Shown here piece by piece: positions 27,446 through 41,560 of a stretch of 64,000 bases of DNA; position 1 is the first letter of the stretch; each line of letters begins with the position of its first letter. The translations under genes were made by a program, and so were the position numbers. The stretch covers positions 52,762,001 to 52,826,000 of the forward strand of contig NC_043013.1 in the NCBI RefSeq assembly GCF_006345805.1, given 5' to 3'. A model generated the notes under the pieces. That model ran no database searches, had not been told where the DNA came from, and saw only the letters and a list, made by a program, of their open reading frames with translations. The DNA is from Octopus sinensis. Its lineage: Eukaryota.

Positions 27446-27682
27446 TATATAAAATACAGCGTGATTCAAAGTAACAAGAATGCACTCGTAGCGTTCAATT
27501 CGGTCGGCCACTAAAACTCCCATGTGACCGTCTTTCTAGGGAGACTATATACAACATTTTTATTATATAGCTCAATTTCCTTCTCAAATCTAGCCATACC
27601 GTTCGCTTTTTCATATCTCTTTTAATCTACACATATGTATGTATATCCGTATACATACATATATGTATATGTATATATATAG

Positions 27683-28115
27683 AGAATGGTTGTATACTGT
27701 CAATCTAACAAGAACGTGACAGTAGGGGGTACACCACCGCTGTATAGCCCTAGGAAGCATCGAACGCCTCCTGATTGCTTTGACACATTTTTTCCCTGTG
27801 TCCTTATATACATATACGAAGGGGATACAAACACCCCCGGCTGCCGGAACTGCATCTAGGGACACCGTGTTTCAGGATCGTTGTCCTTCATCGGCCTAGA
27901 GTAGCAGACACCGGTCAGCTGGTGATATTTGCCTCGACTTCGTAATTGTATATATATATTCAGGGAAGTTTATTCACTGATTATCAAAATAAGAAATATT
28001 GAATTTCTAAATCTCTCGTAGAGACATGTACGGTGGTGGGGCGATAGAATGGGTGTATACTGTCAATCTAACGAGAACGTGACAGTAGGGGGTACACCAC
28101 CGCTGTATAGCCCTA
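27683..28115 (-). mobile_element. Retrozyme-like element: 363-nt monomer with 70-nt terminal redundancy
   Basis: Direct repeats at 27683-27752 and 28046-28115 (2 substitutions), a central HHR, and TA-rich tracts on both sides. Confidence 0.7.
27850..27907 (-). ncRNA. Type I hammerhead ribozyme motif with CCGAUGA core (U4C)
   Basis: Minus strand UCUAGG-CCGAUGA-AGGA(CAACGA)UCCU-GAAAC-ACGGU-GUC-CCUAGA: 6-bp helix I, 4-bp helix II, ACA/UGU helix III, GUC triplet at 27863-27861. Confidence 0.7.
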
Positions 28116-28501
28116 TATATACACATATACGTGTGTATATACATATATGTATACATACATATATATATACATACATATATATATATGTATATTTATATAT
28201 GTATATATACAGTGGTGTGGATGTATAAACGCCTTAACTTCTGTACTTTTAAAAGTGTCAACGTATAAAGTACACCTTATATTTGTGTGTATGTGTATCA
28301 AAGCATATATATTGATGCGTGTGCATTTATGTGTGCTTGTGTGCATGAGTCCATGTAGGTTTGTGTGTATGTGTGTGTGTGTGTGTGTGTGGATATGTGC
28401 ATAGAATCAGATTCAATAACTCATGAAAGTGTCCTGATTTTGTGAAATCTCTTAAAATATGAACATATCCAGTGAAGAATATAGATGCACACACGCACAC
28501 A

Positions 28502-28552
<51 letters not shown>

Positions 28553-28590
28553 ATATATATATATATTATATATATATTTATATATATATA

Positions 28591-28621
<31 letters not shown>

Positions 28622-29077
28622 TACATATATAAATACATGTATATATATATATATGTATATAGGTATATATATATATATATACATACTTATTATATGTTGT
28701 AAATGTATGTATGTTTGTACATATATATACATATATAAGTCTGTATGTGTGTGTAAGTGTGCGGGTATTTGCATGTATGCGTACTCATAGATAGATTTTT
28801 CTTTTACCTGTTTATCTAAATACATGTATATTGATAGATGAGTATAGATATAATTATATATTTAGATTTACACACATATACACACACACACACATATATA
28901 GGTGTATATAATAATAATAAGGAGAATTATTATTATTATTATTATTGTTGTTTTTGTTGCTGCTGCTGTTAGCATTGTTGTTGTTACCTTTCTTTCATAA
29001 TCATCATTATTCTTGCGGATGGTGATAATATACACACTCACCTTTATGTATACGTGCATATATATATGTACACACAA

Positions 29078-29148
<71 letters not shown>

Positions 29149-30289
29149 GCTTTTCATATATGTATTATATATATATATACATACGTAAATATGTAATAAT
29201 AAAACACAAACATATATATATATATAAATACATATATATATATGTATGTATGCACATATATATTTTATACCTATATATGTATGCATATATGTATATGTGA
29301 GTGTACATATATAATATGCTCAGGAGGATGTTTAGCCGCTTTAACAAGTAATAGTAGCGAGTATGTAGGAAAACACTATTATGAAGTCCCTCCACGTTCG
29401 TATAATATCCTGGAGTCAACGCATCGTTTATATGCGTTTCACGTCTCATTTCCGTTTTAAACAGGAAATAATATCACTTGATCCGAATAGGTTTTTATCT
29501 TTTTGAAAATGCAATATCATGTAAGATCTACAAGACATAATGATATATGCATGTATCTCAGTGATTTTGCATAAATATGATTGGTGTCTATAAACCCGTA
29601 CGTGCATACATATACACGTCCATATATGCACATATTTGTGCGTGAATCTATATACACACACAACATATATATATATTATATATATATATATATATAATAT
29701 ATATATATACATATATATATATTACATTACATATATATATATACATATATATATATACATACATAACATATATATTTATATATATTATATATATATATAT
29801 ATGTATATTCTTACACTCACACACACACGCAGAGGTATGTATATATATATCTATATTGGGGTCAACGTGACATAGGTGTATAAATTCTCGTTATCTTCAA
29901 CAAGATATTATAACCATGGCACATTACTCTACAGTTGAGAGATATGTAAACATACGTACATGACATTAATGTCTATTTATTTTACTTCTCACTAATACTG
30001 TTTCATGTTATAGTATTATATTATATCATGGTAAATTATATTACATTATATTATATTGTGTTATATTATATTACATTATATTACCATATAATATATATGC
30101 TAATGGCGTAGTCAGACTTTTCAGAAATACTTTGGACGAGAATAACACAGTTACGTGTGTTTTGATACTCTATTGATAAAATTAATATTCTTTTCGACCC
30201 TGACTCAATGAGGCCAGTCACCTGATTTTCCTACATGAATGAATTGAAAGGGATGCCGATCTGTTACAGGTTGCAGACCAGTAATTCTG

Positions 30290-30720
30290 GTGGCGGATTT
30301 GGCGAAGTTGAGTACATTGACCCCAAGAGCAAAGTTTGCTTCCTTCCTCGACAGGGATTGGACTCAACATGGTAAGCCGAGAGAAATACTGCTAACAATT
30401 CTACCATCTCGTCGCATTAAAAGTAATATTGCTTTCCAATTTTTGCACGAGCCCAGCAATTTCTGGAATAGGGTAAGTCTATTAGATAGGCTCCAGGGCA
30501 CCAACTGGAACTTATTTTATAAACTTCTGAAGGTAAAGTTGTCACCGGCGGAATTTGACCCGGGATCGTTAAGACGGATAAAATGCTATTATTTTATCGA
30601 CCCGAAAGTATGAAAGATAAAGTCGATGTCGGTGCCGTTTGAACTCAGAACGTGCAGACGGCAAGATGCTGCAAAGCATTTTGACCAGTGCGGTAAGGAT
30701 TCTGCCATCTCAACGCCATA
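30290..30720 (-). mobile_element. Cluster of degenerate SINE family A copies
   Basis: TATCGACCCGAAAGTATGAAAGATAAAGTCGATGTCGGTGCCGTTTGAACTCAGAACG at about 30595-30655, with related pieces upstream. Confidence 0.65.
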
Positions 30721-30742
30721 ATCTGCCATATATATATATATG

Positions 30743-31263
30743 CTAGCAGTATCGCCCGGCGTTGCTGGGGTTTGTAAGGGAAATAACTATATAAGCATAT
30801 TTAGAGAGTTATAGCAAAAAAATGCATTAAAAATGGAATAAAAAATGATGATAATTTTTTTTTTAAATCGTTGACTCAGTGTCTTGAAGCCATGAAGTCA
30901 TTGTTCTAAAAGAACGCTGGTCTCCTTGACAACGCTTTACGACGTTGATTTCCTTATACTCCCTTCCCCACAGCTTCACGAGGGAGGGGAGAAGCAAACA
31001 CAGGTGCAGGTGTTGAGCATGGACGCCAACCCGCCGCCATCGACACCGAAAAATTATGCATTAAAATGGAATAAAATTATGTTAAATTATTTTAAAATCG
31101 TAGACTCATCTTAGACGCGCGCTAATACTCAGACGGGCTTGGTATGAATCACGACTATAAGATACCCGAATTTGGTTAAACTGCACCGCAAAATGTGGGA
31201 GGAGTTAGGAATCTAAATCGAAGGGGACAGACACTCACACAACTAGAGTTTTATATATATAGA
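30743..31263 (-). mobile_element. Non-autonomous Helitron, second copy
   Basis: Same termini as 11813-12452 (CTAGCAGTATCGCCCGGCGTTGCT...TTTTATATATATAGA on the plus strand). Confidence 0.85.
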
Positions 31264-31314
31264 TATATATACACGCACACACACACACATATATATGTAC
31301 ATATAAATATATGT

Positions 31315-31440
31315 CAGGCTTCTTTCTGTTTCCGTCAACCTAATGCAAATCCAATCACAAGGCTTTGGTCTATAGTAGGCCATTGTAGAAGATACTTACC
31401 TAAAGTGCCACGCAGTGGGACTGAACCCGTGATCACGTGG
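31315..31440 (-). mobile_element. SINE family B head
   Basis: CACAAGGCTTTGGTC...AAAGTGCCACGCAGTGGGACTGAACCC is the reverse complement of the family head. Confidence 0.7.
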
Positions 31441-31566
31441 TGAGAAATTATCCTCTCTTTGTCTCTATCTGCTCTGAATATATATATAATATATATATTA
31501 TATATGTTGTGTGTGTGTGTGTGTGGTGTGTGTGTGTTGCGTAATACATATATATATATATATTTG

Positions 31567-31617
<51 letters not shown>

Positions 31618-32747
31618 GGGTGCAAACACTATTAGAACTAGGTAAGCTATAGTAGTCAACATTAGGGTGTTATCTTATACTTATTAACGTAATTAATGTT
31701 TATTAGTTGTTAAAACTGTTAGCGAAATATTTGGTATTTAGTCTTCCGTTAACAACTTCAGAAACTTGGGATAGTTGTATGTATTTCGTATTATACAAAA
31801 CACCTGAAATCTTCATAACATAAGAATAAATGAGATGACCAGGGAAGCCATTGTAGTTGATAACGAGGTATTGTTGATAGATATTTAAATAGTTTTGAAA
31901 TGTCGGGTGCTTTTCTCAGGATATGACAAATCCATTCTGTAGGAAATACTTGCTAGCCAGTTGTTAATTGGATATTCTTCAATGAATATCCATAGTTATG
32001 TCCGCAAGAATTCAATAATTCAAAACTTTTGTCCATAATTACAAAAGACTATATTATAACTAATATAACGGTAAACGTTTCCCCGAGATGGTACACAATT
32101 CATAATCAGTAATGAAGAGAGTTATATTCTATAATGAAACAATCGAACTTATAGTTGCTGATATTATGAAATCTCAGATATATTTGAATAGTGAAGTAGT
32201 AAAGCGTTTTTCGAAGTATTTGAATGCATACACATGTTACGAGACTGTATTTTGCTTTTCAATGCATCCTGTACATCTCTTTGTTTCAATGTCATCTGCT
32301 GTCAAAGGAAACGTAGCTCGATAATACAATTATGTATTGTTGCTCATTTCAAGCTTTATATACAGCTAATATGACAGTTCTTGAATGACCTTTTCAACAT
32401 ACCAACATAAATTCTTAATAATTTCTGATTTTAAGCAAGAATTATATAAGAACAATTTCTTCAGCGCACGCCATAAATGCAATTCACACATGAACACTTG
32501 CTTGTAAATTTTCATATTTTACTTAATATTCTTTTTCATATGTAAGGGTGTATATTTATACAGGGACGACATAGCTAAGAGCTCAGCCTAAATATGGTTT
32601 TCTGAAAAGATTTATTTTCAGCAATAAGATGCTTTTAATTATAAGCATGCATCAGGTCTTTTGCCAAAAGTTGAAACCAATTGTAAATAAATATATTAGG
32701 AATATTCTAATTATTATTGTTGCTTACGTTGGAAATTGGTAACTCTC

Positions 32748-33135
32748 AGGTGTGTGATAAGAAGCTTGCTTTCCAACGACATGGTTCTGGGTTCAGTCCC
32801 AATGCGTGGCATCTCTGGCAAGTGTCTTCTACTATAACCTCGACCCGGTCAATGCCTTGAGAATGGATTTGGGAGAGGGAAACAGAGAGAAGCCCATCTT
32901 GTATATGTATTTATACATATGTATCTTTTGCCACCCCACACACCAAAGCTTGAAAACTGATGTTGGTGAGTTTACGTTCTCGTAACCTAGCAGTTCAACA
33001 AAAGAACCGAAAAATAACAACAAACATTAAAAATAAAATAAATACTGTGGTCGATTCCTTCGACAGCATATCATCAAGGTGGTGCTCCAGCATGGGCGCA
33101 GCCTAGTGGGCTGTAACAAGGAAAAGAAACGAGAA
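32748..33135 (+). mobile_element. SINE family B, both halves around a short microsatellite
   Basis: Head ...GGTTCAGTCCCAATGCGTGGCA... and tail ...GGTGGTGCTCCAGCATGG. Confidence 0.75.
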
Positions 33136-33466
33136 AGGATAAACGGTCTGATTACACACATACACACACGCAGAAAAAACACACGCAGACACTCGTACAT
33201 ATATACGTGCACACATACATACATATATATATACATATATGTATGTATATACCTATATATATATGTATGTATGTCTGTATGAATGTATCCATCTATTTAT
33301 CTATCCATCTATCTATCAATACACCCCCCACATATATATATGTATACATACACACATATATATATATATATACATTTATATACAGGTATATGCATTTTAT
33401 GCATATTTCTGTATACACACCTACTTAGCTAGATAAATATAGGCGTATATGTATGGATATATATAT

Positions 33467-33545
<79 letters not shown>

Positions 33546-33663
33546 GTATGTATATATATATATATATGTATATATAAGACCTAGTCATAAGATGGTTGAT
33601 GATGCAGTGACCATGACTTTCGCAAACTGTATGGACTGGTGTCGTCGTTCTGTAGAGTCTCAC

Positions 33664-33791
33664 CTTGAATTCTTGAAGATCAATACGAGAGGAAATAAAC
33701 ACAACGGAGGAGGGCCTTCAGAAAGGTACGATTGTGGATTGTAACTGCTCAGGACGTAGTGTTTGGTGTCTGGTTTGGTCTGGTTAGGAAA
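33664..33791 (-). other. Candidate 128-nt exon, unknown gene
   Basis: Minus strand TTTAATGTAG|TTTCCTAAC...GAATTCAAG|GTGAGA with one open frame (FPNQTKPDTKHYVLSSYNPQSYLSEGPPPLCLFPLVLIFKNS). No recognisable homology and no partner exons found. Confidence 0.2.
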
Positions 33792-34759
33792 CTACATTAA
33801 AGGAATTAGGCTTAAAACAATTGCGGATGGAAAGAGTAAACTTTTAATTCGGAAATAACTCCAAAAAGCAGTGACATTCATGAGAGAGAGGGGGAGTGAG
33901 TGAGAGAGGGGAGGGAGAGAAAGAGAGAGAGAGAGAGAGAGGGAGGGAGAGATGATGCAGGTGTAGAGAGAGGAGGAGAGACGGTGCTGGTAGAGAGAGA
34001 GAAAGAGAGGGAGAGACGTTGAACATCTAGGGAGAAAATATTGAAGTCGCAGAGGATGAAGCCAGAAGTATTTCCCATATCCATCTTTCCTAAAAACAGA
34101 AGCAGCAGCAACAACAACAACGACAGCACCAAATATAACATCCGAGATGAATTCATTTATAACAATATCCATAATGTCCATATCCGTGATGGATTCATCT
34201 CGGAATTGAATCGCCTGCAACATATCGAACTTTGCAGTTCGATAGTGAATATATATATATATTTAATTCAATAAGCGTTCCCTTGTTAAATAACTATAGA
34301 GAATCTAATTAGTGAACGAAATAAAAATTATAGACTTGATGTTAATGTCTGATTTGGTTAATATTCATATCGACTGAAAGGAAAAGAATTATAAAATGTA
34401 GAACTGCACAAACTTCCAGCGGTAACTGGAATCTCATTTCTCACTTGTAGAATGCGATTAATTACTTTATTGTGTTTCATGCTTTTCAGCTTTGTCTACG
34501 AAACAACCTTTTTTGCCACAGCCATCAGGTAAAAGAAAACTGCCTTGCCTGCTTGATTGAAGGAGCAGTGGTGCGATCACCACTAAAGACTCGGCCGACA
34601 GACGGATCCGTTCCACACTTGACAGCAGCTGTTCAACAAGTCAGCAATGTCCGGACACTAAACGAGGGCGTTCAGAACGGTTTCGTCACTGCGCGCACCT
34701 CGGAGAAGTCCTTTTGACAGCACATCCATGCCTGTAGAGTTTTTCTAGAACCGGTAGTC

Positions 34760-35100
34760 TCCCCCCGGTTGCTCTGCCAGGCCCAAGCACTGGCTCACAT
34801 GGCTTCTTATCTTAACTGACTGGAAATGTTATGTACATATTTTGTCTTTTTATAAAAGATGGGCTACAGCAAATATTCTGTTCAATACCCCAGATTTGCT
34901 TGTCAGTTGTTTGACCGTAACCAGTTGAGCATGTCCCTTAGTGGCTTATGATGTGTGCATCCCTGATCATGAGCAGAAGTAGTGAGGGAGTATCATAGGC
35001 ATGTGTTGAATAATTCATCTCTGGAACATGGGTGTTTCGTTCAACATCCTTAAATAACTCTTATTTAAGAACCTTTTGAGCGGGATTGTCTACATGATTC
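34760..35100 (+). mobile_element. Unclassified interspersed repeat, same family as 22075-22425
   Basis: Shared CATAG..ATGTGTTG..GAATAATTC..CTCTGGAA.CATGG..CATCCT.AAATAAC.CTTATT block. Confidence 0.5.
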
Positions 35101-35407
35101 CATCCTGTCAGCACATCAAATGTAAAATTCTCCCCTGAGGACGGAGGCGGTGTTATCCAATAATGACCCAAGTAACTATCATTATTCCGGACCACCAAGG
35201 CCCAAAAAATAGCTGTTGGAATCGTAAAACGCTAACCATTTAACTACTAACGTCATTTTATTCTGTAAGTCGAACTATTGTATATCCATACAAATGTATA
35301 TTTTTATTCTATTAGATATATTTAATACTCTGTGTAAATCGACTTGTTTAATTTGCTTGTCATTGCAGTTACCATTCTACCGGCTCAAGTTCAAATCTCT
35401 TGAGTAC

Positions 35408-35443
<36 letters not shown>

Positions 35444-36191
35444 GCAAGGAGAGAATCAGCATCTACTGGTTTTTCTTTGCTTTTGTACTGAAGTCGAATG
35501 ATACAAAAAAGAAAAGAATAAAATGTGAAATAAGGAAGTTTACAAAATCAATAAGCGTATAGAAAAAGCAATTTCATAAACGAAGGTGACATAAAGTTTG
35601 GATCCTATCACTTCTGCGAAGAGTGATGATGTCATAGGAATTATCATTTTCAGAGTTCAACAAATTATTTTTATTCTGCTATATTTTTACTTTCCAATTT
35701 CTGTTCTTGATGTTTATTTTTTTTTCTTCCCTTCCTTATCTATTTACGTTTTGTTTTGATTATTATCAAGGTGACAAAAATTGTTTCAACACGAAAATTT
35801 ACGTTAGATAATACCTGTTGCCGTTCCTCAAGTTCTTTATCGACTTATTCATTTCACCTTTAACATTCAATTTCTCTTGTAATTTTTATATTTCCTTCTA
35901 ACATTCTTTGCGTATTTCCTAAGTATTTTTATGTCACTTCTTAACACAACTTCCAACAATTTTCAACGCATGATTTTTCTCATATTTTTCTGATTCGAAA
36001 ATCAAATTTTATCGTTGGCTTCAAGGCAATTTCAAATGTATGTGTTTACAAAATCTGATTTAAATGTGTGTACATACTTTCTTATTATTTCCCCTCATTA
36101 TATTTACTTTGTTAATGATTACAATTAATGATAGTAATGATAATAATAATAATAATAAATAATATTAATAATAATAATAATAATAATAATA

Positions 36192-36253
<62 letters not shown>

Positions 36254-36274
36254 AATGATGATGATGATGATGAT

Positions 36275-36905
36275 AAAGCTTACTTGTGATGGTTTCTCAA
36301 TAAAAATACCGGCTGGTGGCTTGCCTGAAAACACAAACTTCATTGTTGAGTGAAAACGTCTAATACAAATGTATCAAATAATGGTGTTAATGAGGCGGGA
36401 ACCAAAGGTGAAAGCCTTTCGCCAGGCTGGTGCTCTGTACTTGAGCAACGAGGGCCCGGTGTTCGTCTAGAGACTGTTTGTAAAGAAATCCAGAAACAGA
36501 GAAGAAGGTGAGATGAGGATGCAAACCAAACGGTAATTGAATGCCGGATCACAAGTGAAGCCGGCAGAACAGGGGCTCCGACATCGAATGAAAGCAAAAT
36601 GGAATGAAATAGGACTCTTCGAAAGACGTGAGCAACGGTTAGCCGACCAAGCTAGAGCAATAAGAGCAAAAGGGTGGTTAACAGTCATAGAAATAGAAGA
36701 GATAAAAAGGAAAGTAGAAAATAGAAATAATACTCCCCCAACGGATACATTGTTCAGCGAGAAGAAGGAAATGAATGACAGAAGTGAAGAAGTAAAGAAG
36801 AGTGTAAAGGAAAATGTATTCTCAGCAAATGAAGCGGAAGTAATATGAAGAACTGTATCACAAGAATACAATGATGATCAACAAGACATAGTTAGGATGC
36901 TGATA
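36275..36905 (+). mobile_element. R4/Dong-type retrotransposon 5' region (N-terminal domain), 3'-truncated
   Basis: [14 protein letters not shown] followed by [43 protein letters not shown], resembling the R4/Dong N-terminal 'EQRLADQ' region from memory. Preceded by (AAT)n/(GAT)n. Confidence 0.7.
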
Positions 36906-36915
36906 TTAAATGATA

Positions 36916-37299
36916 GTGGAGGCGCAATGGCCCAGTGGTTAGGGCAGCGCACTCGCGGTCATAGGATCGCGGTTTCGATTCCCAGACCGGGCGTTGTGAG
37001 TGTTTATTGAGCGAAAACACCTAAAGCTGCACAAGTCTCCGGCAGGGGATGGTGGTGATCCCTGCTGTACTCTTTCACCACAACTTTCTCTCACTCTTAC
37101 ATCCTGTTTCTGTTGTACCTGTATTTCAAAGGGCCGGCCTTGTCACTCTCTGTGTCACGCTGAATATCCCCGAGAATTACGTTAAGGGTACACGTGTCTG
37201 TGGAGTGCTCAGCCACTTGCACGTTAATTTCACGAGCAGGTTGTTCCGTTGATTCGGATCAACCGGAACCCTCATCGTCGTAACCGACGGAGTGCTTCC
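36916..37299 (+). mobile_element. tRNA-derived SINE family C, full-length with 11-bp TSD
   Basis: ATTAAATGATA at 36905-36915 and 37300-37310. Head GGAGGCGCAATGGCCCAGTGGTTAGGGCAGCG...GGTTTCGATTCC with Pol III A/B-box-like motifs. Confidence 0.9.
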
Positions 37300-39029
37300 A
37301 TTAAATGATATTTATCTTCTTACTGGATGGAGCACTTTTGTTGATCTTATCTTTACAGAGCAGTAAATCATGTTTATATGTAAATGTATACATACATGTA
37401 AATATACAGATGTGTGTGTATGTGTGTGTATGTATGAGTGAGCGTGTGTCTTTGTCTGTGGGTTAACCTTTTGTCTGTGAACCGTGCGATATGTCGGGCC
37501 CAGTGGAATATGTACATTCGGTAATATGGGATCGTACCGTTAACTCAGGCAGGAATATATATTATTGTCATGCGCATGCATGTATATGAATACATACATA
37601 CATACATAACAGAAAAAAAAGAAACCCATTAAGTTGAATACTTAAATGTCTTGAAACGGACTAGTTTAAACAAAGATAAAGGTATTAAAGAAACCACAAT
37701 ATCTTTGCTGATTAGGGCTAAATAAACCGAAATGTGTCCATACACGGATATTCTGATAATAATAAAGTCTCTTATAAAACATGGACGCTTTTCTCATTTC
37801 CTTCCCTACCCTGAGAAAAACAAACAACTTCCTAACTTAAAAAGAAAAGGGAGTGATTATCTCCCCTGAAGAACATAGATTCACCCATCATCTCTCTCTC
37901 TCTCCTCTATCTCTCTCCATCCCCTCTCCCTCTCCACCTCTTTCTCTCTCTCACACACACATGTTATCTGTCCGGGTAAGACAGAAAGACGTGCAATCTT
38001 GCATTTACCAATAAATGAAAGAAAAAAAGAAACATAAAGACAATTGTCTCAATTTAACTAGACTAGATATATATTTTTACATTGCATATTAAAATAAACT
38101 GTATGAAGGAAAATATTTCTTTCCATAAATACAGCATAAAATTTTAAACTTTAAACCGAATTCGAAACCTCACACTTTGTATTATAACTGTACTTCATAC
38201 CATAACTGAAGAATACATAACTATTTAAAGACATTGTCGGGCAGGAACGAGAATGTCATGTCAAGTGAATAATACAATAAATTCCTCTATAAATGTGTGA
38301 CAGGCGCATAAATATGTAAATAAAGATATAATATGTTATCTGTTGGAGAATCTAGATATATTCACCAATGGCGTTAATGCATACGTATTAAAGACATCAA
38401 ATTATTTCTTAAATATTTACACTGTTTCTCTTGTTGAAGTCGTATTTGTCGATGTTTTGCTCCGGGTCTGCCATGAGAGAGAAAAAATATGATCAAAGTT
38501 GTTCCAGTCACGAACATCCTGTCCGTTAATATTACATAATGTATTTCTGTAATGTTACATTATGTAATATTAAAGATTACAAAGACTCTCCTCACCCTGT
38601 TGGCTGTTATTGCTAATGTGGACTACGGTAATAACATCGACAGGAAATTTACATTATCCAATCCTAAACACAAACTAAGACTAAGTGGTTTTCAGTACGT
38701 TTCCAAGCCATTTTTTCAACATATCTGAAATCAATAATATATAAATGTATGCGTGTAGATTTGATTTGTTTATATCTGGTTGTATACAGCATTAATAGAA
38801 AATCCTTCAAATATGTTGATGCATAGAATGACTATATGCACATCGGAAGTGTGTACATAAACGTCATTCCTAGAGAGCAAGTAGAAACAAATTCGATGCA
38901 TAAATACTTAATAGATAACCAATACGTCTACAATAGTTCTAAAATGAATGCTTTATCAATTAAGCGTGCACATTAATGAAGAGAAAATCGCAAATGTTAA
39001 TGAAAATTCTGAAAATCAAGGGAGACAAA

Positions 39030-39170
39030 TCCGAAGTTAAAATCTTGGCAGTGATTTGGCCGACGTGTGGAAGAGTTGCTGAGAATGCCTCAAAATGTTC
39101 GTACCGACTTGCTGCAATCTGAGTTCAAGTTGGGCCGACGTCAACGTTGATTCCATGGTCGATAGAAAAA
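39030..39170 (+). mobile_element. Degenerate SINE family A copy
   Basis: CTGAGTTCAAGTTGGGCCGACGTCAACGTTG...GGTCGATAGAAA. Confidence 0.5.
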
Positions 39171-39494
39171 GAGACAATGTAGCACGGTGAATGGGTTAGA
39201 ATGTAACTGCTTTGAAGGATATCTAGAGGGAATCTCTTCAAGCTGTTAGTAATCTGGGTTCGATTCCCGTCACAATAAACTTAATCTGCAGCCCGTTTTA
39301 AAATCACATGGCACCATGGGTTCCGTTAATGGCAGCTACTCATTTGTTAAAGTACTTCCGCCAGCTGTCGTATCAGATGCGATGGCTCTGCAAAAGAACA
39401 AGAAAAGCCACTGACTTTACTCCTGAGTAAAGCAAAAAATAGTCTTTAAAAAATTAATGGAAAAATGTTGTGCTTCCATTAAGTTTTTAAGTTA

Positions 39495-39660
39495 AGGGGC
39501 GTGATTCAATGGTTATAGTGGGGCACTGAAGACCGCTTGATCGTGGTTTCAATTCCCCAAACAGGCGATGTTTTGTGTTCTTGAGCAAAACACTACCTTT
39601 GACGTTGCACCAGTCCACTCACCTGTAATTAAGTAGTCCTGTGACAGATTCGTCATCCGG
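39495..39660 (+). mobile_element. SINE family C-like copy
   Basis: tRNA-like head GGGGCGTGATTCAATGGTTA...GGTTTCAATTCC, then TTGTGTTCTTGAGCAAAACA. Confidence 0.65.
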
Positions 39661-40112
39661 CAGATTATTGTGATCACCGTCACCTCTAGATCATAAAGGC
39701 ACAGTAACCGGTCTTACGAATCCTAGAACCCGAAGGGGCAATTTCTGAAGGCTGCAGATGCGGGTCAGTTGAATGACCATAGTAAAAAAGTAGATTTTCA
39801 TATTTAAATTATTTCAAGAGAAAGCCTAAATTTCAAATGATTTCGAACATTGATATTATATTTTCGAATAAAGTGCTGAACTAATGCTGTCCCTAAATTT
39901 AATCCCTCACTTTACAATTCCCACGACATATCAAGCTTCCTCTCAAGAACTACATTTGGAACACGAAGGAAACAACTCCATACGATACGTCATTAGTTCC
40001 CAATTTATCTAGCTCTTTCATCTTAGTCTCTCCTGTGTATACAGAGACACGAGTTTGAACATATATATATAAATGTATATATATATACATTTATATATAC
40101 ATTTATATATAT

Positions 40113-40164
<52 letters not shown>

Positions 40165-40839
40165 TTATGTATGTATGTATGTATGTATGTATGTATGTAT
40201 GAACTATATATAGATAGGGAGAGACAGAGAGAGAAGCATGTATGCTTATAGGTATTTGTATACATGTATATTTAAGATCTTGTATAATATATGTGTATAT
40301 ATGTATACATACTTGCATGTATGTATACATATATACACACAAGTACAAACATGTATGCATATAAACATACATTAGTACAGATATACATATGTGTGCGTGT
40401 GCCTATGAGTATACACACACACACACACACAGACACACACACACACACTTTTATTCATATATAATGTTTGAATTTAATATGTTTTATTATAAAATTACAT
40501 GTCTACCTCTGCATGGTTCTATAAAATGTGTGCAGCGTATTAACGTCTGCATAATACTTCCTTCTCATCCTCCGCACACACACACACACAGTCACAGCGC
40601 ACACTCACAAATCACACAACCATAAACCTCATGTGTGCACGCCGTAGCAACCTTTTACACATATTTATACACATGTGAGATATCGAAATACGTATTGTTA
40701 CTTCCGATCCTCGTTTCACAATGGTTTTCGCTCCAAACAGTTTTTAAACCCCTCGCTCCAACCTTAATTTACCTCATTATTGCCATCTCTCCATCTTTCA
40801 ATCTTGCCATCAATTACTGCTCTCACTTTTCTATTTATC

Positions 40840-40841
40840 AC

Positions 40842-40897
<56 letters not shown>

Positions 40898-40916
40898 TAT
40901 TATTACTATTATTACA

Positions 40917-40965
<49 letters not shown>

Positions 40966-41028
40966 TATTATTATATTATTATTATTATTATTATTATATT
41001 ATTATTATCATCATTATTATTATTATTA

Positions 41029-41063
<35 letters not shown>

Positions 41064-41082
41064 TATATTATTATTATTATTC
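40840..41082. repeat. (ATT)n microsatellite
   Basis: Directly visible. Confidence 0.9.
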
Positions 41083-41396
41083 TCGTTTCTTTCATCTTTA
41101 TCTTCATTCGTTTGTTCTTGCTTCTATTTGTTTGAAATCTTGCAGACCTACTTTTGAAAATGTTCTCAACATTTACATTCAGCACGATTTCTTTGAAAGA
41201 AAGCATTCAAACATTTATTGTCGGGTGAGATTTAAATTTCTTTTCTTCCCGGCTAAATATTAGCATGTCAAACTCCAGGAGTGTTTCGCTTCTTATATAT
41301 TTTTTCATCCTTTAATATCTTATTTATATATTTCTTTTTCTTCTTTCGTTTATATTTTCTTCTTTCTCTTAGTTCTTTTCGGAAATATGCATCTGA

Positions 41397-41477
<81 letters not shown>

Positions 41478-41502
41478 CATCTATCCATCTATCCATCTAT
41501 CC

Positions 41503-41560
<58 letters not shown>

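Noticed and set aside
29415-29452. AACGCAT/ATGCGTT hairpin resembling helix III
   Set aside because: The upstream core reads GAAAUGA and helix I is absent; only a small hairpin.
33878-34156. Signal-peptide-like ORF (MLYLVLSLLLLLLLLFLG...)
   Set aside because: The hydrophobic run comes from a TTG/CTG microsatellite, the frame runs into (CT)n, and there is no splice donor after it.
36918-36995. tRNA gene
   Set aside because: The tRNA-like head runs into a 300-bp SINE body with a TSD; no proper acceptor stem or terminator. The same applies to the other SINE heads.
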